Of a DNA stretch of 64,000 nucleotides, positions 41,043 through 52,542 are shown piece after piece. This stretch comes from Eutreptiella sp. 'Long Island Sound 2002' (lineage: Eukaryota; Protista; Euglenida), in assembly GCA_964036045.1 (NCBI GenBank), contig OZ038378.1:6200001-6264000 (forward strand). Reading direction: 5' to 3'. The translations under genes were made by a program, and so were the position numbers. The notes under the pieces are model-generated. The model did not search any database, was not told the DNA's origin, and was given only the letters and a program-made list of their open reading frames with translations. Position 1 is the first letter of the stretch. Every line of letters begins with the position of its first letter.

Positions 41043-42319
41043 GGGGGTGTTGCCTGAACCGTGCGCGCACCGTGCGCGCACCGTGCGTCTTTTTGCGTAT
41101 TCTGTGTCCACCAGATCCACAATGCCTGAATCTGAGCTGCCCTGGCTTGTCGCCGGACTGCCTGTGTACTACCACCGCTCCAACGGGGATAGGGTGTCGG
41201 CCACTGTCGTTGGCCCTTCTCCAAGAGGTGGGCGTCGTGTCTCTATTCGGTACGAATTGGGTGGTGAAGAGGTCTTGTACGAGCATGCACCCGAGGAGCG
41301 GTTGGAGTTTGCAATTGTGACTGCTGAGAGCCCCGATTCCCCCCAATCTGTGCACCATGAGGCGCCGGTGGACGCTTTGCTGGAGCCCCAATTACCTGAA
41401 GTGGAAGCTGAAGCCCCTAGAATTGATGATCATGAGCCAGAAGCCCCCCGACCTGAAGATGATTGTCCACACGATGAGGCACTTATGGACGTTCAAGTGC
41501 CCCCCCCTGAACCTGTAGTGGATCCGGAAGCCCCCCCAGTGATGCACATGAGCCCGCAGCAGTGCGCACAGAAGCCCATGCCCCCCCTCCACCAGAAGTA
41601 GATCCTGAGGTACAGCCCCCCCGCAAGCAGTATGCACCCAAGACCAGTGTTGCTGCTCGGCAGCGCGTGAAAGAGCTGCGGGAGCGTGCAAAATCCGTCT
41701 CCATCAATCTTACGAATGAAGATTGGCAGGAGGTGGTCGATTGGGTGCTGTGCAAACGGGCAGAGACGGGAAAGAATCTTTATGCTGATGCTGCTGAATT
41801 TTTTTTTTGCGCCGTTGGGATCTCGCGCCTGAAGGAGACTCCCGGGCTGCATATGTGCGCAAATTTGCGGATATGGCTGAGTCCCGTGTGAGTTGCGTTT
41901 TTTACTGTGTGCTGCACACAAGTCAACAAGACACAAGTCAAGACACAAGTCCCATAACCCAACCAGTGTTGTCGCCTGTGTTGTCGCCTGTGCATGGTTT
42001 GTTACGGAGGTGCGTGCAAGGTGCAGAAATTGGGAGCTTGGAACCTGTGACAAGCATCAGATTCAAAAAAAAATTCCCGGTACGCCAATAGGGGCTGCAA
42101 GGTGCAGAAAATAGGACCCTGGAACCTGTGACAAGCATCAGACTAAAAATTGAAGAATCCTGGTATGCCAATATGGACTGCAAGGTGCAGAAATCAGGAC
42201 CCTGGGTGTGTTTCTATGGGGGCCATTCAACGGGGTACAAGTTGGGCAACCATCCCAAAAACATTGAACCGTGCGCGCACCGTGCACGCACCGTGCGCGC
42301 ACCGTGCGACAACGCCCCC
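41043..42319 (+). mobile_element. Non-autonomous DNA transposon, PIF/Harbinger-like, inserted in array unit 4
   Basis: The empty site in other units is GTACTAAAGGC. Here it reads TAA|GGGGGTGTTG...CAACGCCCCC|TAA, a 3-bp TSD. ACCGTGCGCGC repeats lie near both ends. The superfamily is inferred from TSD and TIR only. Confidence 0.85.
41119..41891 (+). pseudogene. Frameshifted ORF carried by the 1277-bp transposon
   Basis: MPESELPWLVAGLPVYYHRSNGDRVSATVVG...EEVLYEHAPEERLEF is followed by a Pro/Glu linker. After a frame change near a C-run (~41580) it reads EVDPEVQPPRKQYAPKTSVAARQRVKELRERAK. The start was counted by eye and no transposase motif was seen. Confidence 0.5.
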
Positions 42320-45300
42320 TAAAGGCTGTCGCTGGAATGCCCGTCTGGACATCTTCTCATCCGATATACGCCACTTCGATGCAGGAGGTACACACTCGTC
42401 TGATACAGCGAGTCCATCCATGAGCAACTTCCCCGCCCGAGTCGATGAGGGGCCCAACGAGTTGGCGAAATTCGGTGAAGCTGCCAAAAACCAAAAATTT
42501 GGGTGCAGCGCTGATTGAGGAATGCCATGCAAAATGGAATGATAACTACACAGCTAACGCCGCATAATGGGCTTTTCTTTGTGCCAACCTCCAGAATTTT
42601 GATCCCGCCCTCCAAGTTGGGTAAAACGCGCCGCCGACTCGCTCGCCGACTCGTTGGCCACCAGGTTTGCCGACTCGGGGCATGGGGGGGGGGGGCTTGC
42701 ATGAGGAATGAGCCACAGCTCTGGGCACTGACACAATGCATTGCGGTAGTAGCAAACAGGGTGCTCATGCGGCGTGCGCGCCATGCGTACATTGGGGTTG
42801 TACCAAGACCCCACTCCAAAACCATCCATTTATTGCTAGTTCTGGAGCGCTGCAAGGGACCCCATTTTGAGGGCTTCCGAGGAGAGCGCATTGGCCGAGC
42901 TTTTAGCCCAACAGCGGGCAGGATGTGCGGATGGTACCCGCGCGGTCACAGGGCTCAGGGGCGTTCAATGATACTCTCATTGCGAGGTCGAAGATCAGTG
43001 AACCCAACAATGACAATCATGGAGGAACGGTTTCCAATGACAAAGGCACAGTTACTGACGCTAATGCTCATTCAGAACTCCCAAGAGGCCTTGCCGTCTG
43101 ACCAGATCCCATCCATGAAACATTCCATAGCTCACAGGGCGAACTCAAGGCAACATTCAGAACTGGTTTCAAGCCGACCCGGGGGCATACGGTAGCTCAG
43201 TGTCCGTTGCTTCATATGCCCCAGAAAGGACCCAGTGTCCGTTTGGGTCGTGGTGTGACATGTCATGCAAGCCCTGAAGGGGAGGTTTGGGAGGGTCTGA
43301 GGGCGGGGCTGCAGCGACCTGCCCCTGCGTGCAAACACGTTTCTCCCACCCCATTTTGCACGCCGCCCACAAAAGTTTGATCGTTGTTTGGGAAGGTAGA
43401 CAACGTGGTCCCGGGTAGATTCTGTGCCACGCAAACGCCAGAGGGCAGACTGTTGTCTAGAACACCGGTGCCCAAGGCAGCGAGCTGGCACAAGGACCGA
43501 GTTTACCTTTGCCCATGAGTAAGACAAACAGGTCAGTGTTAGCACCCACGACCAGTTTCTACGCCACTGTGAAGTTCCTCACGGTGAGCGAAACTTCGGT
43601 TTTCGATGCTTAAAATTATTGTGCCGCCAGGCTATGCACTCTGCTATCTTTCTCAGCCTACACTCTTTTGTGCATGCTGTGCGGTGGTTTCCAACTGCAG
43701 AATCTGGTGTCAGAGTCAGCTCATCCTGCACTATGTGTGTCAGATCCGCTACCGCAGTCATTTGTGGGATCATCGTAGCATTGGACAGCTGTGCACCTTC
43801 AAGGGTTGTCTAGACTGGTGAGCAGGCCACACCAGCTTGTCTTTGTCTGCCCCACCCCTTCAACAAGAAACATTGAATTTACGACACGTGAAACTCTCAC
43901 AATCTTTAGATTCTGCAGCCACGTCTATCCCTTGTGTCTGCCCTAATCAGTAGCTGCTCGGAATCGACGCAATTCATGAATTCACGATAGCCTGCTGCAT
44001 ATCTCACGATATTGGCAAGCAGCAGTAGCGTCACAGGGTGTGTGCATGCATGCCACACCAGAGTCTTCCCTTGAAATACTTCATTGCGATGACTCTTGGG
44101 TGTGTGCAAATAATCATTAGCACACGCTCACCGATTGCGTACTAAAGGCTGTCGCTGGAATGCCCGTCTGGACATCTTCTCATCCGATATACGCCACTTC
44201 GATGCAGGAGGTACACACTCGTCTGATACAGCGAGTCCATCCATGAGCAAACTCCCCGCCCGAGTCGATGAGGGGCCCAACGAGTTGGCGAAATTCGGTG
44301 AAGCTGCCAAAAACCAAAAATTTGGGTGCAGCGCTGATTGAGGAATGCCATGCAAAATGGAATGATAACTACACAGCTAACGCCGCATAATGGGCTTTTC
44401 TTTGTGCCAACCTCCAGAATTTCGATCCCGCCCTCCAAGTTGGGTAAAACGCGCCGCCGACTCGCTCGCCGACTCGTTGGCCACCAGGTTTGCCGACTCG
44501 GGGCATGGGGGGGGGGGGGGGGGGCTTGCATGAGGAATGAGCCACAGCTCTGGGCACTGACACAATGCATTGCGGTAGTAGCAAACAGGGTGCTCATGCG
44601 GCGTGCGCGCCATGCGTACATTGGGGTTGTACCAAGACCCCACTCCAAAACCATCCATTTATTGCTAGTTCTGGAGCGCTGCAAGGGACCCCATTTTGAG
44701 GGCTTCCGAGGAGAGCGCATTGGCCGAGCTTTTAGCCCAACAGCGGGCAGGATGTGCGGATGGTACCCGCGCGGTCACAGGGCTCAGGGGCGTTCAATGA
44801 TACTCTCATTGCGAGGTCGAAGATCAGTGAACCCAACAATGACAATCATGGAGGAACGGTTTCCAATGACAAAGGCACAGTTACTGACGCTAATGCTCAT
44901 TCAGAACTCCCAAGAGGCCTTGCCGTCTGACCAGATCCCATCCATGAAACATTCCATAGCTCACAGGGCGAACTCAAGGCAACATTCAGAACTGGTTTCA
45001 AGCCGACCCGGGGGCATACGGTAGCTCAGTGTCCGTTGCTTCATATGCCCCAGAAAGGACCCAGTGTCCGTTTGGGTCGTGGTGTGACATGTCATGCAAG
45101 CCCTGAAGGGGAGGTTTGGGAGGGTCTGAGGGCGGGGCTGCAGCGACCTGCCCCTGCGTGCAAACACGTTTCTCCCACCCCATTTTGCACGCCGCCCACA
45201 AAAGTTTGATCGTTGTTTGGGAAGGTAGACAACGTGGTCCCGGGTAGATTCTGTGCCACGCAAACGCCAGAGGGCAGACTGTTGTCTAGAACACCGGTGC

Positions 45301-48283
45301 CCAAGGCAGCGAGCTGGCACAAGGACCGAGTTTACCTTTGCCCATGAGTAAGACAAACAGGTCAGTGTTAGCACCCACGACCAGTTTCTACGCCACTGTG
45401 AAGTTCCTCACGGTGAGCGAAACTTCGGTTTTCGATGCTTAAAATTATTGTGCCGCCAGGCTATGCACTCTGCTATCTTTCTCAGCCTACACTCTTTTGT
45501 GCATGCTGTGCGGTGGTTTCCAACTGCAGAATCTGGTGTCAGAGTCAGCTCATCCTGCACTATGTGTGTCAGATCCGCTACCGCAGTCATTTGTGGGATC
45601 ATCGTAGCATTGGACAGCTGTGCACCTTCAAGGGTTGTCTAGACTGGTGAGCAGGCCACACCAGCTTGTCTTTGTCTGCCCCACCCCTTCAACAAGAAAC
45701 ATTGAATTTACGACACGTGAAACTCACACAATCTTTAGATTCTGCAGCCACGTCTATCCCTTGTGTCTGCCCTAATCAGTAGCTGCTTGGAATCGACGCA
45801 ATTCATGAACCCACGATAGCCTGCTGCATATCTCACGATATTGGCAAGCAGCAGTAGCGTCACAGGGTGTGTGCATGCATGCCACACCAGAGTCTTCCCT
45901 TGAAATACTTCATTGCGATGACTCTTGGGTGTGCGCAAATAATCATTGGCACACGCTCACCGATTGCGTACTAAAGGCTGTCGCTGGAATGCCCGTCTGG
46001 ACATCTTCTCATCCGATATACGCCACTTCGATGCAGGAGGTACACACTCGTCTGATACAGCGAGTCCATCCATGAGCAACTTCCCCGCCCGAGTCGGTGA
46101 GGGGCCCAACGAGTTGGCGAAATTCGGTGAAGCTGCCAAAAACCAAAAATTTGGGTGCAGCACTGATTGAGGAATGCCATGCAAAAAGGAATGATAACTA
46201 CACAGCTAACGCCGCATAATGGGCTTTTCTTTGTGCCAACCTCCAGAATTTTGATCCCGCCCTCCAAGTTGGGTAAAACGCGCCGCCGACTCGCTCGCCG
46301 ACTCGTTGGCCACCAGGTTTGCCGACTTGGGGCGTTGGGGGGGGGGGGGGGGGGCTTGCATGAGGAATGAGCCACAGCTCTGGGCACTGACACAATGCAT
46401 TGCGGTAGTAGCAAACAGGGTGCTCATGCGGCGTGCGCGCCATGCGTACATTGGGGTTGTACCAAGACCCCACTCCAAAACCATCCATTTATTGCCAGCT
46501 CTGGAGCGCTGCAAGGGACCCCATTTTGAGGGCTTCCGAGGAGAGCGCATTGGCCGAGCTTTTAGCCCAACAGCGGGCAGGATGTGCGGATGGTGCCTGC
46601 GCGGTCGCAGGGCTCAGGGGCGTTCAATGATACTCTCATTGCGAGGTCGAAGATCAGTGAACCCAACAATGACAATCATGGAGGAACGGTTTCCAATGAC
46701 AAAGGCACAGTTACTGACGCTAATGCTCATTCAGAACTCCCAAGAGGCCTTGCCGTCTGACCAGATCCCATCCATGAAACATTCCATAGCTCACAGGGCG
46801 AACTCAAGGCAACATTCAGAACTGGTTTCAAGCCGACCCGGGGGCATACGGTAGCTCAGTGTCCGTTGCTTCATATGCCCCAGAAAGGACCCAGTTTCCG
46901 TTTGGGTCGTGGTGTGACATGCCATGCAAGCCCTGAAGGGGAGGTTTGGGAGGGTCTGAGGGCGGGGCTGCAGCGACCTGCCCCTGCGTGCAAACACGTT
47001 TCTCCCACCCCATTTTGCACGCCGCCCACAAAAGTTTGATCGTTGTTTGGGAAGGTAGACAACGTGGTCCCGGGTAGATTCTGTGCCACGCAAACGCCAG
47101 AGGGCAGACTGTTGTCTAGAACACCGGTGCCCAAGGCAGCGAGCTGGCACAAGGACCGAGTTTACCTTTGCCCATGAGTAAGACAAACAGGTCAGTGTTA
47201 GCACCCACGACCAGTTTCTGCGCCACTGTGAAGTTCCTCACGGTGAGCGAAACTTCGGTTTTCGATGCTTAAAATTATTGTGCCGCCAGGCTATGCACTC
47301 TGCTATCTTTCTCAGCCTACACTCTTTTGTGCATGCTGTGCGGTGGTTTCCAACTGCAGAATCTGGTGTCAGAGTCAGCTCATCCTGCACTATGTGTGTC
47401 AGATCCGCTACCGCAGTCATTTGTGGGATCATCGTAGCATTGGACAGCTGTGCACCTTCAAGGGTTGTCTAGACTGGTGAGCAGGCCACACCAGCTTGTC
47501 TTTGTCTGCCCCACCCCTTCAACAAGAAACATTGAATTTACGACACGTGAAACTCACACAATCTTTAGATTCTGCAGCCACGTCTATCCCTTGCGTCTGC
47601 CCTAATCAGTAGCTGCTCGGAATCGACGCAATTCATGAACCCACGATAGCCTGCTGCATATCTCACGATATTGGCAAGCAGCAGTAGCGTCACAGGGTGT
47701 GTGCATGCATGCCACACCAGAGTCTTCCCTTGAAATACTTCATTGCGATGACTCTTGGGTGTGTGCAAATAATCATTAGCACACGCTCACCGATTGCGTA
47801 CTAAAGGCTGTCGCTGGAATGCCCGTCTGGACATCTTCTCATCCGATGTACGCCACTTCGATGCAGGAGGTACACACTCGTCTGATACAGCGAGTCCATG
47901 CATGAGCAAACTCCCCGCCCGAGTCGGTGAGGGGCCCAACGAGTTGGCGAAATTCGGTGAAGCTGCCAAAAACAAAAAATTGGGAGGCAGCACTGATTGA
48001 GGAATGCCATGCAAAATGGAAATGATAACTACACAGCTAACGCTGCATAATAGGCGTTTCTTTGTGCCAACCTCCAGAATTTCGATCCCGCCCTCCAAGT
48101 TGGGCAAAACGCGCCGCCGACTCGCTCGCCGACTCGTTGGCCGCCAGGTTTGCCGACTCGGGGCGTGGGAGGGGGGGGGGGGGGCTTGCATGAGGAATGA
48201 GCCACAGCTCTGGGCACTGACACAATGCATTGCGGTAGTAGCAAACAGGGTGCGCATGCGGCGTGCACGCCATGCGTACATTG

Positions 48284-49062
48284 GGGGGAGCCTCACGCGC
48301 AGTGCGCGCGCAGTGCGCGCGCAGTGCAACTATTTGGGGGTCCGGCCGTATCAGAGCCCCATACTTTGGGATACTAGGGGCCCCTAGGGGCATCATGGTG
48401 ACCCCTAGCAGAGGTTTTGACTTCTGATTTTGTCCCCCTTTGTTTGGGTGTGCCATAGGTGATTGAGTAGATCTTGCGGTTCGGCAAGGGTAACCACTTA
48501 CTAAGGGATGAGGAAAGTGTAATTATTCAGGATGGGTTTGATGGCCAACCATTCTCTGAAGGCGGCAGTGAAGCGCCAACACTGCAGCCTGCAATTGACC
48601 GTTTGCACCGTGAGAAAAGAGAGAGAGAGAGGTCAAGAAACAAGCAAAACATGCGCAGCACGTCCTAGAAAAGCGGCAACGCACACTGGATGCTTTTTGT
48701 GTTGCTGCGCCCCCTCGGGCCGATGTGGCTTCGTCCAGCTCCAATCTCCCTCAACCCTCTCAGTCCTTGCAACCCCCTGTGGCTACACAATCTCAACCCC
48801 AATCCGATTCTAACCGCAAGGGAAAGGAGAGAGCCCCTTCCTCACAACCGAAACCACTCATGTGGCAGTGGGGCATCGTAAGGAACATGTGTGTGTTATG
48901 TTAAGGGAAGGTAGTTTGCAACTTTCTTGAGCTGGGGCAGTTTGGGTCACCTAATTCTAAGGGCGTTTCCAAGGGGTGTGCTTGGGGGCTCTTCGGGGGG
49001 AACATAGTCTAAAAGTAGCGCGCAGTGCGCGTGCAGTGCGCGCGCAGTGCAAAGATTCCCCC
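48284..49062 (+). mobile_element. MITE or internally deleted DNA transposon in array unit 7
   Basis: The empty site is ACATTGGGGTTGTACC. Here it reads TTG|GGGGGAG...GATTCCCCC|TTG. AGTGCGCGCGC repeats lie near both ends. Ends are shared with 61744-62317. Confidence 0.88.
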
Positions 49063-50016
49063 TTGGGGTTGTACCAAGACCCCACTCCAAAACCATCCAT
49101 TTATTGCTAGTTCTGGGGCGCTGCAAGGGACCCCATTTTGAGGGCTTCCGAGGAGAGCACATTGGCCGAGCTTTTAGCCCAACAGCGGGCAGGATGTGCG
49201 GATGGTACCCGCGCGGTCACAGGGCTCAGGGGCGTTCAATGATACTCTCATTGCGAGGTCGAAGATCAGTGAACCCAACAATGACAATCATGGAGGAACG
49301 GTTTCCAATGACAAAGGCACAGTTACTGACGCTAATGCTCATTCAGAACTCCCAAGAGGCCTTGCCGTCTGACCAGATCCCATCCATGAAACATTCCATA
49401 GCTCACAGGGCGAACTCAAGGCAACATTCAGAACTGGTTTCAAGCCGACCCGGGGGCATACGGTAGCTCAGTGTCCGTTGCTTCATATGCCCCAGAAAGG
49501 ACCCAGTGTCCGTTTGGGTCGTGGGTGTGACATGTCATGCAAGCTCTGAAGGGGAGGTTTGGGAGGGTCTGAGGGCGGGGCTGCAGCGACCTGCCCCTGC
49601 GTGCAAACACGTTTCTCCCACCCCATTTTGCACGCCGCCCACAAAAGTTTGATCGTTGTTCGGGAAGGTAGACAGCGTGGTCCCGGGTAGATTCTGTGCC
49701 ACGCAAACGCCAGAGGGCAGACTGTTGTCTAGAACACCGGTGCCCAAGGCAGCGAGCTGGCACAAGGACCGAGTTTACCTTTGCCCATGAGTAAGACAAA
49801 CAGGTCAGTGTTAGCACCCACGACCAGTTTCTACGCCACTGTGAAGTTCCTCACTCCACCACAGGATTCCTTCAAAAGTAAGTGTGTATACTCTTTTGAA
49901 TCCCTGTTTTGCCATCTATCTCGTCATTCTTTTGGGTTTTATATTGTCGGATGAGCGAGCACCGCAACGTGATAGTTTTGTGCAATTTGAGTGTTTGTCA
50001 ACCTCCAAAAGTATTT

Positions 50017-50783
50017 GTTGCTTCTTGTTCCAATTGTCAGTCGGGTACACAAAACACCATAGGCTCTCGACAAAGAGTCACAATAGTAGTTTGCAAAAGG
50101 CTTATGCATTCAGAGGTGATTGTTATATATATGGTAGAGAATTTTGCTGAACAAAGTTCCTTTGTTCATTCGTGCGATGTCCCTGTAATGTTGTGTGTTC
50201 CATGTTCCATGGATGTTTTATGTTCTTGCAGCGGCGGAATATACTTTCTGTGACAGAGTTTCCCACTTCCATCACCTGGTTTCAGACTCAGCTGATCCTC
50301 ACTACCTGTCAGATTTGCCACCACAGCCATTATGGGATCATCGTAGAACTGGACAGGTCTGAACCTTGATTCCAAGAGGTTCATCTCGAATACCATATGG
50401 TGAGCAGGCTGGCTACACCAGCTCATCTTTGTCTGGGCGAAAAACCAATCTCCTTTCTGTAACAGAGTTCATTTGCTTAAAGTTATGGCTGTTGTGCCAA
50501 GTCGGGTTCGTTGTTTGCCCTGCAATGGATCATCATTGTTGTCGCCTTCTTGTCTGGCAGTGAAACCAGGACAGTGAAGTCTGGTTACGGTGAGCGAAAC
50601 TTTGGTTTTCGCTGCTTAAAATCATTGTGCCGCCAGGCTATGCACTCCGCTATCTTTCTCAGCCTACACTCTTTTGTGCATGCTGTGCGGTGGTTTCCAA
50701 CTGCAGAATCTGGTGTCAGAGTCAGCTCATCCTGCACTATGTGTGTCAGATCCGCTACCGCAGTCATTTGTGGGATCATCGTA
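50017..50783 (+). repeat. Diverged second copy of the leader plus the first ~215 bp of the array unit, interrupted at 50783
   Basis: Matches 34447-35217 and stops at GGGATCATCGTA. The expected continuation (TAGC...GGACAGCT..CCTTCAAGGG) resumes at about 58943. Confidence 0.9.
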
Positions 50784-50927
50784 CCACCCTCCCCCCTTGT
50801 TCAAGGAACGCCTATCGTGGGGGCTATTATGATGTCCAACACTCTCATTGAGTGATACAACGCCCCCACACCTGCCTTTGTTACTGTCTCTGTCCTTCCT
50901 CCTGCGCGATTTTGCGGGAGCGGAAGG

Positions 50928-52537
50928 ATGTCGCAACGTAAATCAGGTTCCCAAGGCCGCCGCAGTGCCAAAGACCTGATGAGCACACACCGTACTACCG
51001 GAGAGCCGGTATTACCAGCTGCTGAATCACAGCAGTTAGTGGCCATGACGCCATTATTGGCCCCTGACTTTGTCGTGCAGAACGAGTTCTGGCTGCAAGG
51101 AGGCATTCCAGATGCGGAGCACAGTTCTGAAAAATCTCTGTTCTTGACGAGGTTGAAACCGTTGACCAGATGCGAGCCGTGTTCCATGGCGCCAGTCCCA
51201 ATTTGTTGCTGGTGGATCAAGTGGATGGTGAGAACTTTCCTGTCTTTGTCGAGTACTTGAACAAAATCACCAAGCTGCTCACCACTTTGGGACGCCTGGA
51301 TATTGTGCTGTTCAGCAAAGCCACTGAGGTGGACAGCGCCCAGTTTCTGATGGCGGCCATGAAGTTAAAAGATAAGCTGCCAGACTTGCCTGTCCGCATC
51401 GGCGAATGTGATCGGCTGGTCGGGTCGGTCGCAAAATCGGAGTCCTATGACGTGTGGGTGGCGACCTCCACCCACAGATCCAGAATGGAGGCAGCATCCG
51501 TTTATTACAAAATGTTCAACATGCGGTTGCCGGGCGAGGGCACTGATGGGGTCCTGTTTGCAGATCCGGATATCACTTACCCCATGCTCATCATTCAATA
51601 CGCATTTTCGTGGGAGGATGAGCTCATGCAGTTTTTGGGGTTAGATAAGTCGGAGGTGACGATATGTCCTGGAATTGACACAGCTTCCAGCCGATATCTG
51701 TACCTGGAGACGGATTTTGCCACAGCGAAGAAGGTCATCGAGACGTTTGGCCGGTACCCGCGATTTGCTTTGCTTCCATTGAAGTGGTATACAGGGGAAC
51801 AGGTGAACTCAGCGGAGTACAGGGTTGAGGTCACCATGGCGAAGGATTTTCAGGCGCGACATCTGAAATATTTCTACTCGTACGTCATGGCAGCATTTTG
51901 GGATTTGGGCGATCTGCTGGGGGGCAAACATTTTTCTGCCCAAATAATGCATTCCAAGCGCATCCGCCTGGGTTTATCGAAGAGGGGCTATGAGTTCGCG
52001 AAGGAGAAAATGGCAGGCTGGCTGCAAGACTTGGGGCTGGAGCTCCGTGATGAGCAGTCGGGCAAGCAGCTGTCTGGATCCTCTGCGGCGACCATGACAC
52101 AAGCCAGTGAAACCCCAGAGGCATGGGGCCCCTGTGAGTCCGTATTCCTAACGAATGTCCCCCCGTACTGGAGGGACAGCGTACTGCGACAGGTGTTGTT
52201 AACGCAAGGAACAGGCCAGGAGAATTTCGTGTTGGACAAGTGCAGATTTCACGTGGGGGACATCAGAAGCAAAACGTGGATGCTGACGGGACCCAAAGCC
52301 TCCGCTCTGGTGGGGAAAGTCTTGCAGGCGGCCCAGGCGGGGACGCTCATAGTCCCGATTTCCAGGCAGGAGTATATGTCTCGCAAGTCTACCATCCAAT
52401 CCCGGGGTGGAAAGGGTGGTGGCAAAGGAGCGGGCAAGGGATTGTCGGTTTCGGAGCGGCAAGCGGAGCCTATGGAGGTCAACGATAGTGACGTGGGCGC
52501 GCTGAAGATGTTCAAGAGGAAACGCGACGACTCTTAG
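50928..52537 (+). pseudogene. LINE ORF1, with one frameshift in the A-run at ~51130-51134
   Basis: Adding one A joins MSQRKSG...HSSEK to ISVLDEVETVDQMRAVFHG... The C-terminus has RGGKGGGKGAGKG and KRKR. The stop lies 5 nt before the ORF2 ATG. Confidence 0.75.
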
Positions 52538-52542
52538 TCATC

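Larger units (their letters stand above)
35001..49854 (+). repeat. Tandem array of 7 units of ~1.83 kb, starting at 35001, 36825, 38652, 40480, 43583, 45412 and 47242
   Basis: Units are 1824, 1827, 1828, 3103 (with insertion), 1829, 1830 and 2613 bp (with insertion). They are nearly identical, and the same short ORFs recur in the track. Confidence 0.98.

Noticed and set aside
35001-49854. Array as SL RNA/5S rRNA, tRNA or histone gene cluster, or as a CRISPR-like array
   Set aside because: No SL exon, 5S, complete tRNA or histone sequence was recognised by eye. Units are near-identical throughout, with no unique spacers.
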